A DNA stretch of 35,957 nucleotides from Porcipelethomonas sp. (GTDB lineage: Bacteria > Bacillota > Clostridia > Oscillospirales > Ruminococcaceae): NCBI GenBank assembly GCA_051881935.1, contig JBJEQU010000258.1, positions 1 through 35,957 on the forward strand, read 5' to 3'. A program made the translations under genes and the position numbers. Shown here one piece after another: positions 1-8,791 of the stretch; the stretch's first letter is position 1; every line of letters starts with the position of its first letter. The notes under the pieces were generated by a model. The model was not told the origin of the DNA, did not search any database, and saw only the letters and a program-made list of their open reading frames with translations.

Positions 1-33
1 CTGATGACCTGTGCCGTAAATTGCTATTTTCAT
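1..33 (-). CDS. 5' end of a gene running off the window (MKIAIYGTGHQ..., Rossmann-like N-terminus)
   Basis: ATG at 33 preceded by GAGGAAG; open for 11 codons to the edge; GxG motif after a hydrophobic strand; follows the HAD gene in the same orientation. Confidence 0.55.
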   Translation of the reverse strand, partial: MKIAIYGTGHQ

Positions 34-57
34 ATAAATCACACTTCCTCTATTCCT

Positions 58-768
58 TTAAACCATTCCCTCTGCGATAGAGGGAAAGTTTTTATAATCG
101 TCAATCTTAATAAATTTAATATCCGACTCAAAAACACAGTTGTCGTTTCCTCCGATTCCGTAATCATCACCGAAGAAAACAACTTCATCGGACATGATGC
201 GGTTATCCGACATATATTTTTCCAATGCAAACAATTTATTGTATGGCTTGGGTGCAATATCAAAGGAAGATGTTCCGCCGATAAATACGTTGTAATCAGC
301 AAATAACTCACATACTCTGTTGTAGTATTTCCTTCTCTTAGCTCTGTCCGGATCATAGTTGAGCTTGTCTTCGAGCTTTGCCTCTGTACCAAGGATAGGG
401 AATGTTATAAGCCCTGAGGAATGAAACTCAACCGATTCCCCGGCATATTGATGAAAACCGAATTCGTTCCTTATCTGTTCCGCACAGGCATTTACTCTAT
501 CATGATCTGCCTCTTCAGAAACATTTTCTTTTATTGTCAGGATACCATTTCTCACCTCACCGAACTGCATTCCATAGAAACCTGAAATATCAATATCAAA
601 ATGTTCAAGCTGGTCGTATACTCTGTTACATCCGCCTGCACAGACCATAAGCAGTCTATATTTGTCACGGAGTTTTTCGAGTGCAGTTCTGCACTCTTTC
701 TCAATAGGACTTTTATGCTGTGTAAGCGTTCCATCCATGTCCATAGCAATAAGTTTTATATTTTTCAC
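58..768 (-). CDS. HAD-IIB family hydrolase (phosphatase/phosphomannomutase-like)
   Basis: Motif I DMDGTLT; GGTSSFDI; C-terminal FFGDDYGIGGND. Confidence 0.85.
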   Translation of the reverse strand: MKNIKLIAMDMDGTLTQHKSPIEKECRTALEKLRDKYRLLMVCAGGCNRVYDQLEHFDIDISGFYGMQFGEVRNGILTIKENVSEEADHDRVNACAEQIRNEFGFHQYAGESVEFHSSGLITFPILGTEAKLEDKLNYDPDRAKRRKYYNRVCELFADYNVFIGGTSSFDIAPKPYNKLFALEKYMSDNRIMSDEVVFFGDDYGIGGNDNCVFESDIKFIKIDDYKNFPSIAEGMV

Positions 769-769
769 A

Positions 770-1420
770 CTAAATTTCTCCGTTTCTGAACTTCATTAGC
801 TGTTCAGCAATTATAATATCCTCAGGATATGTAATCTTCATATTATTTTTAAAATCATAATATTCTTTAACTTTCCGGCTTTCAGGCAATTGCTGAACTG
901 TTGCAGTAATATTTGAATCAGCACTGAAGCTGCTGTAAAGAATCTCGAATCTGAATGCCTCCGGAGCTTGTATGAGATAATATTCATCTCTGAGTGTAAC
1001 ACTCTCATTCTTTCGCCCAAGGCTGTCGGTTATGTGCTGAGCGGTTATAACAGCATCATATTCATCCAGCAGACCAAAATAATCATCCACGATGCTGCTC
1101 GTGAGGAATGGCCTTGCAGCTTCAGTAATGAATACTTTATCACACTCAGGGTAGTTGTTTTTTATGTAATCAAGACCATTTTTCAGACTGGAATTTCTGG
1201 AGTTTCCGCATTCTGTGCAAATAACATCATATTGCTTTGAAAGCCGCTCGGAATATGAATTATCACATAATACGATGATTCCCATGTTTTCAGCAGAATC
1301 TTTAAGTGCTTCAACAGAATATGAAAGTATCTCCTTTTTACAAAGGAAGTTATACTGCTTTGGAACATCACTCCCAAATCTGCTGCCTACGCCCCCGGAA
1401 AGGATCATTGATATGTTCAT
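770..1420 (-). CDS. IspD/TarI-family cytidylyltransferase
   Basis: ILSGGVGSRFG..PKQY, EAARPF, IQAPEAF and NMKITYPED motifs; context favours CDP-polyol synthesis for a wall polymer. Confidence 0.85.
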   Translation of the reverse strand: MNISMILSGGVGSRFGSDVPKQYNFLCKKEILSYSVEALKDSAENMGIIVLCDNSYSERLSKQYDVICTECGNSRNSSLKNGLDYIKNNYPECDKVFITEAARPFLTSSIVDDYFGLLDEYDAVITAQHITDSLGRKNESVTLRDEYYLIQAPEAFRFEILYSSFSADSNITATVQQLPESRKVKEYYDFKNNMKITYPEDIIIAEQLMKFRNGEI

Positions 1421-4008
1421 TTAATCAGCACCATCTTTTTAATTGTTTCATGTATCTTAATACCAGCAGTTCCATCAGGATTAGACAGACTTTTCCTGCG
1501 GACAAACGCTCTGCTTTCAATGACAGACAGATTATCGGAGGATTTACTTTCAGCTTTGAGATAATTGCACAGATCTGGTATTGTGATAAGATCTTCGGGA
1601 TAATTTGTCTCATCAGCCCTTGAACATGACTCGCTGACCCGAGCAAACAAACTTTGCACCCTTTTTACGAATTCACAGCAATCCCTCATGTCTGCGGCTA
1701 TCTCCTGTACTGACCATTCTGATGTATTTATATCAAATACAACGAGTCGGCTGTATTCAACGCTGTATGCGTATATTTTATCATCGATTCTCTTGGCAAA
1801 TATATATTTTCCATCGTAATCGTTCATTTGATCCGGCATAAGATCATCAAGGAATGAGTGATCCTTCTTATGAATACTACCATCAATTTTACTAACAGCA
1901 ACGACAGAATCTGCACTGTATGGGAATATCAGAAAATCATCTCCGCAGTCACATATATCTGAAAATGTGGAAAGGTCGTTACTTACAGGCAGGCATTCAA
2001 CCGAATGGTCCTCAATGTCGTAAACACAACAATTCCCCCTGAATGGGGATAAGTACAGCTTTTTTCCTTTTTTTAATACGCTATGGAACTGTGCATTGCC
2101 AAAGCCTTCCCTCAACAGGGAAAATTTTTCAGAGACGGTATCAAAAATCATCAATCCGCTGGTGCATATCATTGGCAGATAAATAATTCCATCTGCAAAT
2201 ACACCCTTCCTGAAATAATAATAATCTTCGCAATCGGGGTCTTTTTGAACAAGCTTTACCCAATCCGTATAATATGAGACTTTTTTTTCTTCAGTATCAT
2301 AGCAGATAATGGCATTGTATGCATAGGGAATAAAATAAATCCTATGATCTTTTGTTACAGCTGAGTAGATCTTGCAAGAGTTAAGAATGACAAATTCCCT
2401 GCTTATCCCTATCTTATCAAACAAGCCCGTTATAGGGTCGTATACAGCTATTGATGATGCAGAAAGCGGAGAAAAATATAATTTGCCGTTACATTCCGTT
2501 ATGCCGCTGAACAATCTCTTCCCGTCAATTGGTTCATCAGGAAAAAATCCAACCAGAACGGGCACCGTATCCGTTTTTTTCATCTTGAATAAACCATTGA
2601 AATTTATTGCACTGAACCAGAGATACTCGCCATCATCATATACATCTTCAAAACCTATGTTTATTTTAGCAGATTCATAATCGGTTATTCTGATATTCTG
2701 TAAAAGAATCGGTTTTCCCGTAAGCTGATACAACGCAACAAGTGAGCTCCTGTCACCGTAATATGAATCACTGCAGGCAATCGCCCTGTGCAGATCAGAT
2801 GAATCATCAAAGATCCCAAAACCAGCTCTCTTATACCATTCAACAAGTTCCAGGTAGCTGTTGAGAATATGACTTCTCATTGAGCTGTATGCTGCGGAAC
2901 TCAACGGATGCGGACGCCACCATAAAACCACATCTCTGTGAAGCGAAAAATAATTCAGAACGGAGATAATCTTATTAAGATAATCCTCATTACCATTAAG
3001 AAGGGCTCCGATACTTGTATTATAGAGGATCACTCTTTTATTTCCGATTATCTGCTTCCACTTATCAGGGAGTTTACAAGATCTGTTCTGGGCAGCAGCA
3101 ACAGCGTCGAATTTCGGACTTCCTAAAGATAATATTTTATATTCGGCATTGTTATTGCTATTTCCGAAAGTCTTTACATAGTTTTCGATATACGTCGTTC
3201 TTACCTGATCTGACTGAACGATAATGTGGTCCGAATTAACACAGGCAGGCAATGTGCAAAAATGATCAGGCACCATGTCACTTACAACAAAATACGGGAT
3301 ATACACAAGCTTGTCCGTATATTTTTTCAGTTCACCTGAATAAAACCTCGGGTCAACGCTTGTAACATAGTTGCAATCATCATAAGGATTATGAATATAA
3401 ATCACGTCCGGATGTCTCTGTCTGAGATTATACTTATTATAATGTACAACCGGAACATATTCAGGGAAATCATCTCCCTCGTAATGGCGCTCGTCAAATG
3501 AGTGATCTGGATTTCTGTCATAATAGGGAACAGGTACAACATAAGCGTCACAGTCGGGGTCTTCATCGGCAGCTTTCCACACACTTTCCAATGAATCCCA
3601 CATAGATGCCTTATAAGGCATGAAAACGACCTCAAGTTTAACTTTAATATGGTTTTTCGCACTGCTTTCAGCAGTAATGAGACTTTCATCTATATATGCC
3701 CTGGCACCATCACCATCATACTTCGAAATATTAGCTGCTACTTCATAAAGCGATTTACAATAATCACCAATAAAAGAAATCGTTACAAAATCTTCGCCTT
3801 CAGAGTTTTCAATTATGCCGCCAAGCTGCAAAGCCGTATCCTGACATTCACCAAGCAGCGAAACTGCATTATCATATTTTTCATCGTCCATGTATTCTTT
3901 TATAACATTATGAGCTTCAAAAAGGCTTTTAAATATTTCAAGCAGATTTTCTTTTATCTTTTTCCTCATTTTTCGGGCTCCCAGATTGTCATTATCTTTC
4001 TTATTCAT
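1417..4008 (-). CDS. CDP-glycerol/polyol glycerophosphotransferase-like (TagB/TagF-like) protein with C-terminal beta-propeller-like region; likely start 3969
   Basis: 863-aa ORF; LGSPKFD, LYNTSI, WRPHPL and YYGDRSS motifs; C-terminal half has repeated aromatic beta-strand units; GGAG precedes ATG 3969. Confidence 0.6.
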   Translation of the reverse strand: MNKKDNDNLGARKMRKKIKENLLEIFKSLFEAHNVIKEYMDDEKYDNAVSLLGECQDTALQLGGIIENSEGEDFVTISFIGDYCKSLYEVAANISKYDGDGARAYIDESLITAESSAKNHIKVKLEVVFMPYKASMWDSLESVWKAADEDPDCDAYVVPVPYYDRNPDHSFDERHYEGDDFPEYVPVVHYNKYNLRQRHPDVIYIHNPYDDCNYVTSVDPRFYSGELKKYTDKLVYIPYFVVSDMVPDHFCTLPACVNSDHIIVQSDQVRTTYIENYVKTFGNSNNNAEYKILSLGSPKFDAVAAAQNRSCKLPDKWKQIIGNKRVILYNTSIGALLNGNEDYLNKIISVLNYFSLHRDVVLWWRPHPLSSAAYSSMRSHILNSYLELVEWYKRAGFGIFDDSSDLHRAIACSDSYYGDRSSLVALYQLTGKPILLQNIRITDYESAKINIGFEDVYDDGEYLWFSAINFNGLFKMKKTDTVPVLVGFFPDEPIDGKRLFSGITECNGKLYFSPLSASSIAVYDPITGLFDKIGISREFVILNSCKIYSAVTKDHRIYFIPYAYNAIICYDTEEKKVSYYTDWVKLVQKDPDCEDYYYFRKGVFADGIIYLPMICTSGLMIFDTVSEKFSLLREGFGNAQFHSVLKKGKKLYLSPFRGNCCVYDIEDHSVECLPVSNDLSTFSDICDCGDDFLIFPYSADSVVAVSKIDGSIHKKDHSFLDDLMPDQMNDYDGKYIFAKRIDDKIYAYSVEYSRLVVFDINTSEWSVQEIAADMRDCCEFVKRVQSLFARVSESCSRADETNYPEDLITIPDLCNYLKAESKSSDNLSVIESRAFVRRKSLSNPDGTAGIKIHETIKKMVLIK

Positions 4009-4194
4009 ATACGATATATTATATTATTCGACATAAATCATATTTTTTAAAGACCTGAAAAGTACTTTTTTAAAATATTATCTGTAATTAATCAATTCAG
4101 GTTCAGCCGTGCTGACTTTACTATTTCTTCTGCAGATCCGAAAATTTGCAGCGTTTTGAACGACAGCAGCGATGCCGTAAGACAATATGCAGTA

Positions 4195-4221
4195 ACAAAC
4201 TTATTTTTCCTGCATAGAATA
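4195..4221 (+). promoter_or_regulatory. Possible SigK/SigE-type sporulation promoter
   Basis: AC(4195)-16 nt-CATA gaa TA(4213-4221) upstream of the AGGAGG RBS of the 4257 gene. Confidence 0.35.
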
Positions 4222-4256
4222 ATAAAAAATCCACATTTTTTCAGGAGGCAGGATAT

Positions 4257-4805
4257 ATGTACAGCAGATGCAACTGTAATCAGACAAAGATAAGAAATGA
4301 AATGAGGAAATTATGGTCACAGCATGTCTACTGGACCCGCATGTTTATAATCAGTACTGTAGAGAAACTAAATGATCTGAGTTTTGTAACAGACCGATTA
4401 CTGGAAAATCCCTCAGATTTCTCAATGGCTTTAAAAATGTTTTATGATGCAAAGACAGCAGACAGATTCGGAAAACTCCTTACCGATCACCTGAAAACAG
4501 GCGGTGATCTGGTTTCCGCACTCAATATGAGAAAAACAGAAAAAGCCGATGCATTAAGAGATCAGTGGTACATGAATGCTGACGAAATTTCCTGTTTTCT
4601 GTCATCAGTCAATCCGAATTGGTGCGAGAAAAATTGGAAGGATATGATGCACCGTCATCTGAGTATGACCGAAAAGGAAGCCGGATTCAGAATCAGCAAA
4701 AATTATCCCAAAGATATCGACACATTCAACGCCATAGAAAAAGAAGCACTTGAAATGGCAGATAATATGCCATCGGGAATAATCAGACAATTTTGCTGCA
4801 AATGA
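4257..4805 (+). CDS. Conserved helical Firmicutes hypothetical protein (family often mislabelled 'acetylglutamate kinase')
   Basis: AGGAGG RBS; LWSQHVYWTR...LLTDHL...WYMNADEI pattern; no kinase motifs. Confidence 0.65.
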   Translation: MYSRCNCNQTKIRNEMRKLWSQHVYWTRMFIISTVEKLNDLSFVTDRLLENPSDFSMALKMFYDAKTADRFGKLLTDHLKTGGDLVSALNMRKTEKADALRDQWYMNADEISCFLSSVNPNWCEKNWKDMMHRHLSMTEKEAGFRISKNYPKDIDTFNAIEKEALEMADNMPSGIIRQFCCK

Positions 4806-4919
4806 TGAATATGAGCCTGTACTCACCACTATTCATCTGACACTGTTCCTTACGCCGGCTTATCGGCTAAAAGCTTATACTGATCTCACGAAATTATAAT
4901 TAACATTTTTAAATATATA

Positions 4920-4987
4920 CCATTTACGTCATGCTGCATGCCAATCACGACAATAGTATTGACTTCTTAGCCTGTATCGTCTATCAT
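4920..4987 (+). promoter_or_regulatory. SigA promoter with tandem LytTR/AgrA-type boxes
   Basis: CCATTTACGTCA (4920) and CCAATCACGACA (4941) are 21 bp apart; TTGACT 4959, 17-bp spacer, TATCAT 4982; same geometry as the agrB promoter. Confidence 0.75.
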
Positions 4988-4993
4988 TTTAAG

Positions 4994-5229
4994 CAGGGGA
5001 TGACTGTAAAGAAGACGAGGGAGAATTTATTTCCTGTCATCTCAACGGCAGCGGTCAATAATATCCCGCAGCCGCAAAATCATAGGTAGAATTCAGATGG
5101 CAATATAAAGACAAATTGCTGAGCCACCGGCACAGCTCCCATGAAAACGGTGGGGATATCAGGTAGAATACCGCACAATTATTAACACCTGTCGCTTTAT
5201 GCAGCATCAGTTAATTGTGTGGTGTTTTT
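4994..5229 (+). ncRNA. Putative agr-regulated structured sRNA
   Basis: Lies between the LytTR-box promoter and an intrinsic terminator; stems 4997-5004/5036-5043 and 5046-5054/5066-5074 plus further hairpins; no ORF with a well-spaced RBS. Confidence 0.6.
5168..5229 (+). terminator. Intrinsic terminator formed by MITE-end-like inverted repeat
   Basis: ATACCGCACAATTA ... TAATTGTGTGGTGT followed by a T-run. Confidence 0.65.
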
Positions 5230-5260
5230 CTGCGTATTTTCACGGTTGTCGGTTAAATTT

Positions 5261-5277
5261 TGTCGAAAAATGTCGAA
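5261..5277 (+). promoter_or_regulatory. Tandem Spo0A 0A boxes
   Basis: TGTCGAA at 5261 and 5271 (consensus TGNCGAA), 10 bp apart, ~60 bp upstream of the -35 of the regulator gene. Confidence 0.55.
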
Positions 5278-5334
5278 AAAGCAAGAAAAAGCTCGTTCAC
5301 CCACCCTTATAATAAAAAAACAGAAGAATTTCTA

Positions 5335-5363
5335 TTGAAATATATGCTGTATTATGATATTAT
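5335..5363 (+). promoter_or_regulatory. SigA promoter of agrA/agrC-like genes
   Basis: TTGAAA-17-TATTAT with extended TG. Confidence 0.6.
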
Positions 5364-5379
5364 GGGGACATGAGGTGAT

Positions 5380-6102
5380 ATGATGATCAAAATTGCAATA
5401 TGCGATGATGAAGAGATTGCAGTCGAAAAAATCAACAGGATTATAACAGAATGTTTAGCCGGGTCGGACATTTTATGCGAAAACGGCTTATATACAGATC
5501 CGTTGGAGTTTTTATCCGATTTTAAAACCACCAATTTCCAGGCGCTGTTTATCGATCTGGACATGCCGGTCAGATCCGGATTTGAAATATCCGAAGAAAT
5601 AAGAAAAGTAAATAAAATGATCCCGATAATCTATGTCACAAACAGAGATGATCTTGTTTATCAGGCATTCCGGTACAAAGCTATCGGATTTATAAGAAAA
5701 AATCATGCAAAAGAAGAAATTCCCGAAATATTACCCCAGCTGATAGAAGAAATCAAACTGAATGGAAATGAAATATCGATCACAAACTGCGGAAAACTAT
5801 ACCGGATAAAACCCAATGACATAATGTACATAGTCAGCGATGACCATGACCTGCTCTTTCATCTGAAAGATGTCAGCGAGATAATCAGAACACGAGGCAC
5901 AATAAGCTCCTTTGCAAAGTCATACAATTTTTCAAAATTTATTGCTATCAGTGCAGGCTGCTTAGTAAATTACACATATATTTTCTCAATTGAAAATGAC
6001 TGCATTTACTTAAATAATAATGAAAAATTATACATCCCCAGACGGAAAATTAAAATGGTCAAGGAAAGCTTTTTAAAACTGTCAAGAGGAGGATTAATGT
6101 GA
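5380..6102 (+). CDS. agrA: LytTR-family response regulator (AgrA-like)
   Basis: Receiver IAICDD...FIDLDMP...GFIRK; C-terminal LytTR (DIMYI...CLVN); GAGGTG RBS; adjacent to agrB/agrD. Confidence 0.85.
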   Translation: MMIKIAICDDEEIAVEKINRIITECLAGSDILCENGLYTDPLEFLSDFKTTNFQALFIDLDMPVRSGFEISEEIRKVNKMIPIIYVTNRDDLVYQAFRYKAIGFIRKNHAKEEIPEILPQLIEEIKLNGNEISITNCGKLYRIKPNDIMYIVSDDHDLLFHLKDVSEIIRTRGTISSFAKSYNFSKFIAISAGCLVNYTYIFSIENDCIYLNNNEKLYIPRRKIKMVKESFLKLSRGGLM

Positions 6103-7409
6103 TTTACACTATAGCCGAATGGCTCGCCACGATTTCAGAGAGCATAATTATTTTTTTCTTCTTAATTAAGACCCTGTCGTTCAAAGAGATTTCAACTGTA
6201 AAAAAATACACAGTTACCGCCTCTGCTTTTGTTGTTTACAATGTGCTTGTCCTTATGCTTAACTGGTTTTATACGCTGGAGGGTCTGCTGACGATTTTAT
6301 ATCTGGTCGTACTGACCGTGTATTGCAGACTGGTTCTCCGACGAAAGATCTGGCTCCAGTGTATAACGGTTATACTTGTATTTATGTGCATATACATAAT
6401 TAATATAACTGTTTCCCTGCTGGTTTCAAATATATTGGATATCTCAATCGAACAGGTGATTCTGATGAGAAGTCCTCTGCGTGTTTTCCTGCTTATCTTT
6501 ACAAAAATACTGCTCGTAGTTCTCCTTTACATTTTAGAAAACCTTATATCAAGAGGAAAGATGATGTTCAGCACTGTTCAGTGCGTAGCGATTTTTTTAA
6601 TTCTTCTTATCTCATTTATATCAGGAGTCATATTCCAGAAAAACCAGATGGAAAATGATCTTTCAGGTACTAATTCTATTATCATTACAACATGCCTTAT
6701 TCTGATCAACTGCCTTTTGCTGACTGTTATATATCTTATTGCGTCGCAAAACAACGAAAAACTCAAAAATCATCTGCTGAAAATCCAGATAGAAAGCGAA
6801 AAGAAGAATATGGAAGAATCTGTGATCTGGAACAAAAAGGTTGAGGGAATACAGCATGACATGAAAAATCATTTGGGCTGTGTGCTCGATTTGATAAAAA
6901 ACAACCATTATGACCGTGCTGTCAGATATATCGAAAGATTATCCTCAGAAACCAATGAAAATGCCCCAAGCCATATATGCACAAATCATCCTGCGTTAAA
7001 TGCAGTCATCAACCTTAAGAAAAGCCAGTGCTATGAAAAGAAAATCGGATTCAAGTGCTGTATACCGAATGATCTGCCGGATTTTGACGATGTCGATTTA
7101 TGTATAATTTTATCCAATCTGTGCGACAATGCCATCGAAGCCGAATGCAAGGAAGAATTTCCGATGATCATTCTCAATATATCGATAGTTGGCAATTATC
7201 TTAACATAAAGATGAAAAACAGAATTTCAGAATCCGTACTCCAGGAGAATAAAGCCCTCAAAACCACTAAGAAGGACAAGGAGCATCATGGTCTCGGACT
7301 GATGAGTGTTTGTGAGGCAGTACAGAAAAATGACGGTATGCAGGAATTTTATGAGGAGGAAAACTGGTTTGCAGCCAACATTCTCATTAAAATAAATACT
7401 CTTGCGTAG
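6099..7409 (+). CDS. agrC: Membrane GHKL histidine kinase (AgrC-like)
   Basis: ~6 TM N-terminus; H-box HDMKNHL; N-box NLCDNAIEA; G-box TTKKDKEHHGLGL; GTG start overlapping the regulator stop, GGAGG RBS. Confidence 0.88.
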   Translation: MIYTIAEWLATISESIIIFFFLIKTLSFKEISTVKKYTVTASAFVVYNVLVLMLNWFYTLEGLLTILYLVVLTVYCRLVLRRKIWLQCITVILVFMCIYIINITVSLLVSNILDISIEQVILMRSPLRVFLLIFTKILLVVLLYILENLISRGKMMFSTVQCVAIFLILLISFISGVIFQKNQMENDLSGTNSIIITTCLILINCLLLTVIYLIASQNNEKLKNHLLKIQIESEKKNMEESVIWNKKVEGIQHDMKNHLGCVLDLIKNNHYDRAVRYIERLSSETNENAPSHICTNHPALNAVINLKKSQCYEKKIGFKCCIPNDLPDFDDVDLCIILSNLCDNAIEAECKEEFPMIILNISIVGNYLNIKMKNRISESVLQENKALKTTKKDKEHHGLGLMSVCEAVQKNDGMQEFYEEENWFAANILIKINTLA

Positions 7410-7463
7410 CTTTATTTGCGACTGCCCCGCAATCGGCAGGCAAAATGGCATTTTAAATAAAAA

Positions 7464-7506
7464 TATTGCTCCGCCAATTTGGCAAGGTCTAATTGGCGGA
7501 GCAATA
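7464..7506. terminator. 16-bp perfect hairpin after the kinase gene
   Basis: TATTGCTCCGCCAATT / AATTGGCGGAGCAATA. Confidence 0.6.
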
Positions 7507-7544
7507 ATATTTGATTTAACCCATGCAGCAGGAATTGCACGGGT

Positions 7545-7820
7545 CAGACTGTAGAAAAAACTTAATTTTAGGTTAATTAGGGGCAGCCCTCTCTTACAGG
7601 GCATGCCCCTCTTTTCAAACAGTCCACTGGACTGTTTGAAAATTCACCCTGTGCGGAGCGCCTCCAAGGCAAGGTATTTCGCCCTCTGCGGAGGGCGACC
7701 AAGGCTCCGCCTTTGGAAACCGCAAACTTTTTTGCCAAAGGCATGCACAGCAGAAAAAAGTTTGATCAAAAACTTTAATGTTGCTATCCGCATACTTAAA
7801 ATAACTTTTTCGACAAACTG
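7545..7820. mobile_element. Non-autonomous MITE with IS1182-like ends, inserted in a duplicated palindrome
   Basis: Left end CAGACTGTAGAAAAA, right end reverse complement CAGTTTGTCGAAAAA; flanks 7519-7544 and 7821-7848 are near-identical palindromes; internal hairpins; no transposase. Confidence 0.7.
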
Positions 7821-7863
7821 ACCCGTGCAGCAGGAATTCTGCACGGGTTTTTTACATAAATGA

Positions 7864-7931
7864 CCAATTACGTCATCTCACTATCCATTTACGACAAAGC
7901 CATTGACTCATGGTAATTATATTGGTATAAT
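7864..7931 (+). promoter_or_regulatory. agrB promoter with tandem LytTR/AgrA-type boxes
   Basis: CCAATTACGTCA (7864) and CCATTTACGACA (7885) are 21 bp apart; TTGACT 7903-17-TATAAT 7926 with TG extension. Confidence 0.8.
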
Positions 7932-7954
7932 CGGAATTAAGGAAGGGATGAGCC

Positions 7955-8539
7955 ATGATAACGAGAATAGCCAATAAAATAACCTGCAGCCTGAACAGGA
8001 ACAACATAATTTCCGCTGAAGACAGGGATATATACGTTTATGGACTTGAAATATTCTTTTCTACACTGATAACGATCGCTATCGTTATCAGCTTCGGAAT
8101 CATAATGAACTGCCTTCCGGCGTCACTGATATATTTTGCAGTATTTGCCGTATCAAGACAAATATGCGGCGGATATCATGCGGATACATATTTTAAGTGC
8201 AACACGATCTTTGCTATAACAACATTTCTTGCTCTGTCTGCGTATAAATACGCTCCGGTGGAGATAGAAGGTTCACTGCACTATATGATAATGACATTCT
8301 GGATAATGTCCGTATTTAATTTTGCCCCGGTAGAGAATGAAAGCAAACCCATCAGCAGTGACAGAAGAAAAAAACTCAGGGTAATCAGCCGGGGAATGTG
8401 CATACTCATGGCGCTTGTATCATGCATGATATATATTTTCAGGCTGCAGTATACTGTTTTGCTCGATGCGACAATATTTTTTGTTGCGTTTGCAATAGTT
8501 ATTTCCGGTCTGCAGCAAAAGGACAGCGAAAAAAAATGA
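7955..8539 (+). CDS. agrB: Accessory gene regulator B (AIP-processing membrane peptidase)
   Basis: YVYGLE, RQICGGYHA...C and FAPVENESKP motifs; multiple TM segments. Confidence 0.92.
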   Translation: MITRIANKITCSLNRNNIISAEDRDIYVYGLEIFFSTLITIAIVISFGIIMNCLPASLIYFAVFAVSRQICGGYHADTYFKCNTIFAITTFLALSAYKYAPVEIEGSLHYMIMTFWIMSVFNFAPVENESKPISSDRRKKLRVISRGMCILMALVSCMIYIFRLQYTVLLDATIFFVAFAIVISGLQQKDSEKK

Positions 8540-8598
8540 AAGCATGTCCCTGAAACTGTATCCGGAGATCAGGACAACTTCTTCAATTAATCTGCTCA

Positions 8599-8707
8599 GC
8601 TATTCAGCAGGGTCTGGTGTCTGTACACCTGATCCCTGCATGATATAGATATATATGATCCGTAAATCGGACAAAGAGAAAGGAAGTGACGAAAATGAAA
8701 AAGACAG
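8599..8707 (+). repeat. 109-bp direct repeat, copy 1 (agrD leader hairpin, RBS and first four codons)
   Basis: Identical to 9598-9706 by manual comparison. Confidence 0.95.
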
Positions 8708-8781
8708 CTTCAACAAGAGCTTATATTAATAGCTTTGTTTATGCATATAACAATTCACAACTCGAAACTTTTGAAAGATGA
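8695..8781 (+). CDS. 28-aa chimeric mini-ORF starting with the duplicated agrD start (MKKTASTRAYINSFVYAYNNSQLETFER)
   Basis: Uses the duplicated AAAGGAAG RBS and ATG; its TGA overlaps the RBS of the next gene. Confidence 0.4.
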   Translation: MKKTASTRAYINSFVYAYNNSQLETFER

Positions 8782-8791
8782 AGGTGATCTT

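Noticed and set aside
5000-5089. 29-codon ORF MTVKKTRENLFPVISTAAVNNIPQPQNHR inside the putative sRNA
   Set aside because: ATG is ~6 nt from the predicted start site, has no spaced RBS and is buried in a stem; not fully excluded as a dual-function RNA
7603-7844. ORFs of 72 and 66 aa on both strands
   Set aside because: They lie within the MITE hairpins; no RBS or transposase motifs
8735-8791. ORF-track TTG start for the dockerin gene
   Set aside because: RBS and signal peptide point to ATG 8792
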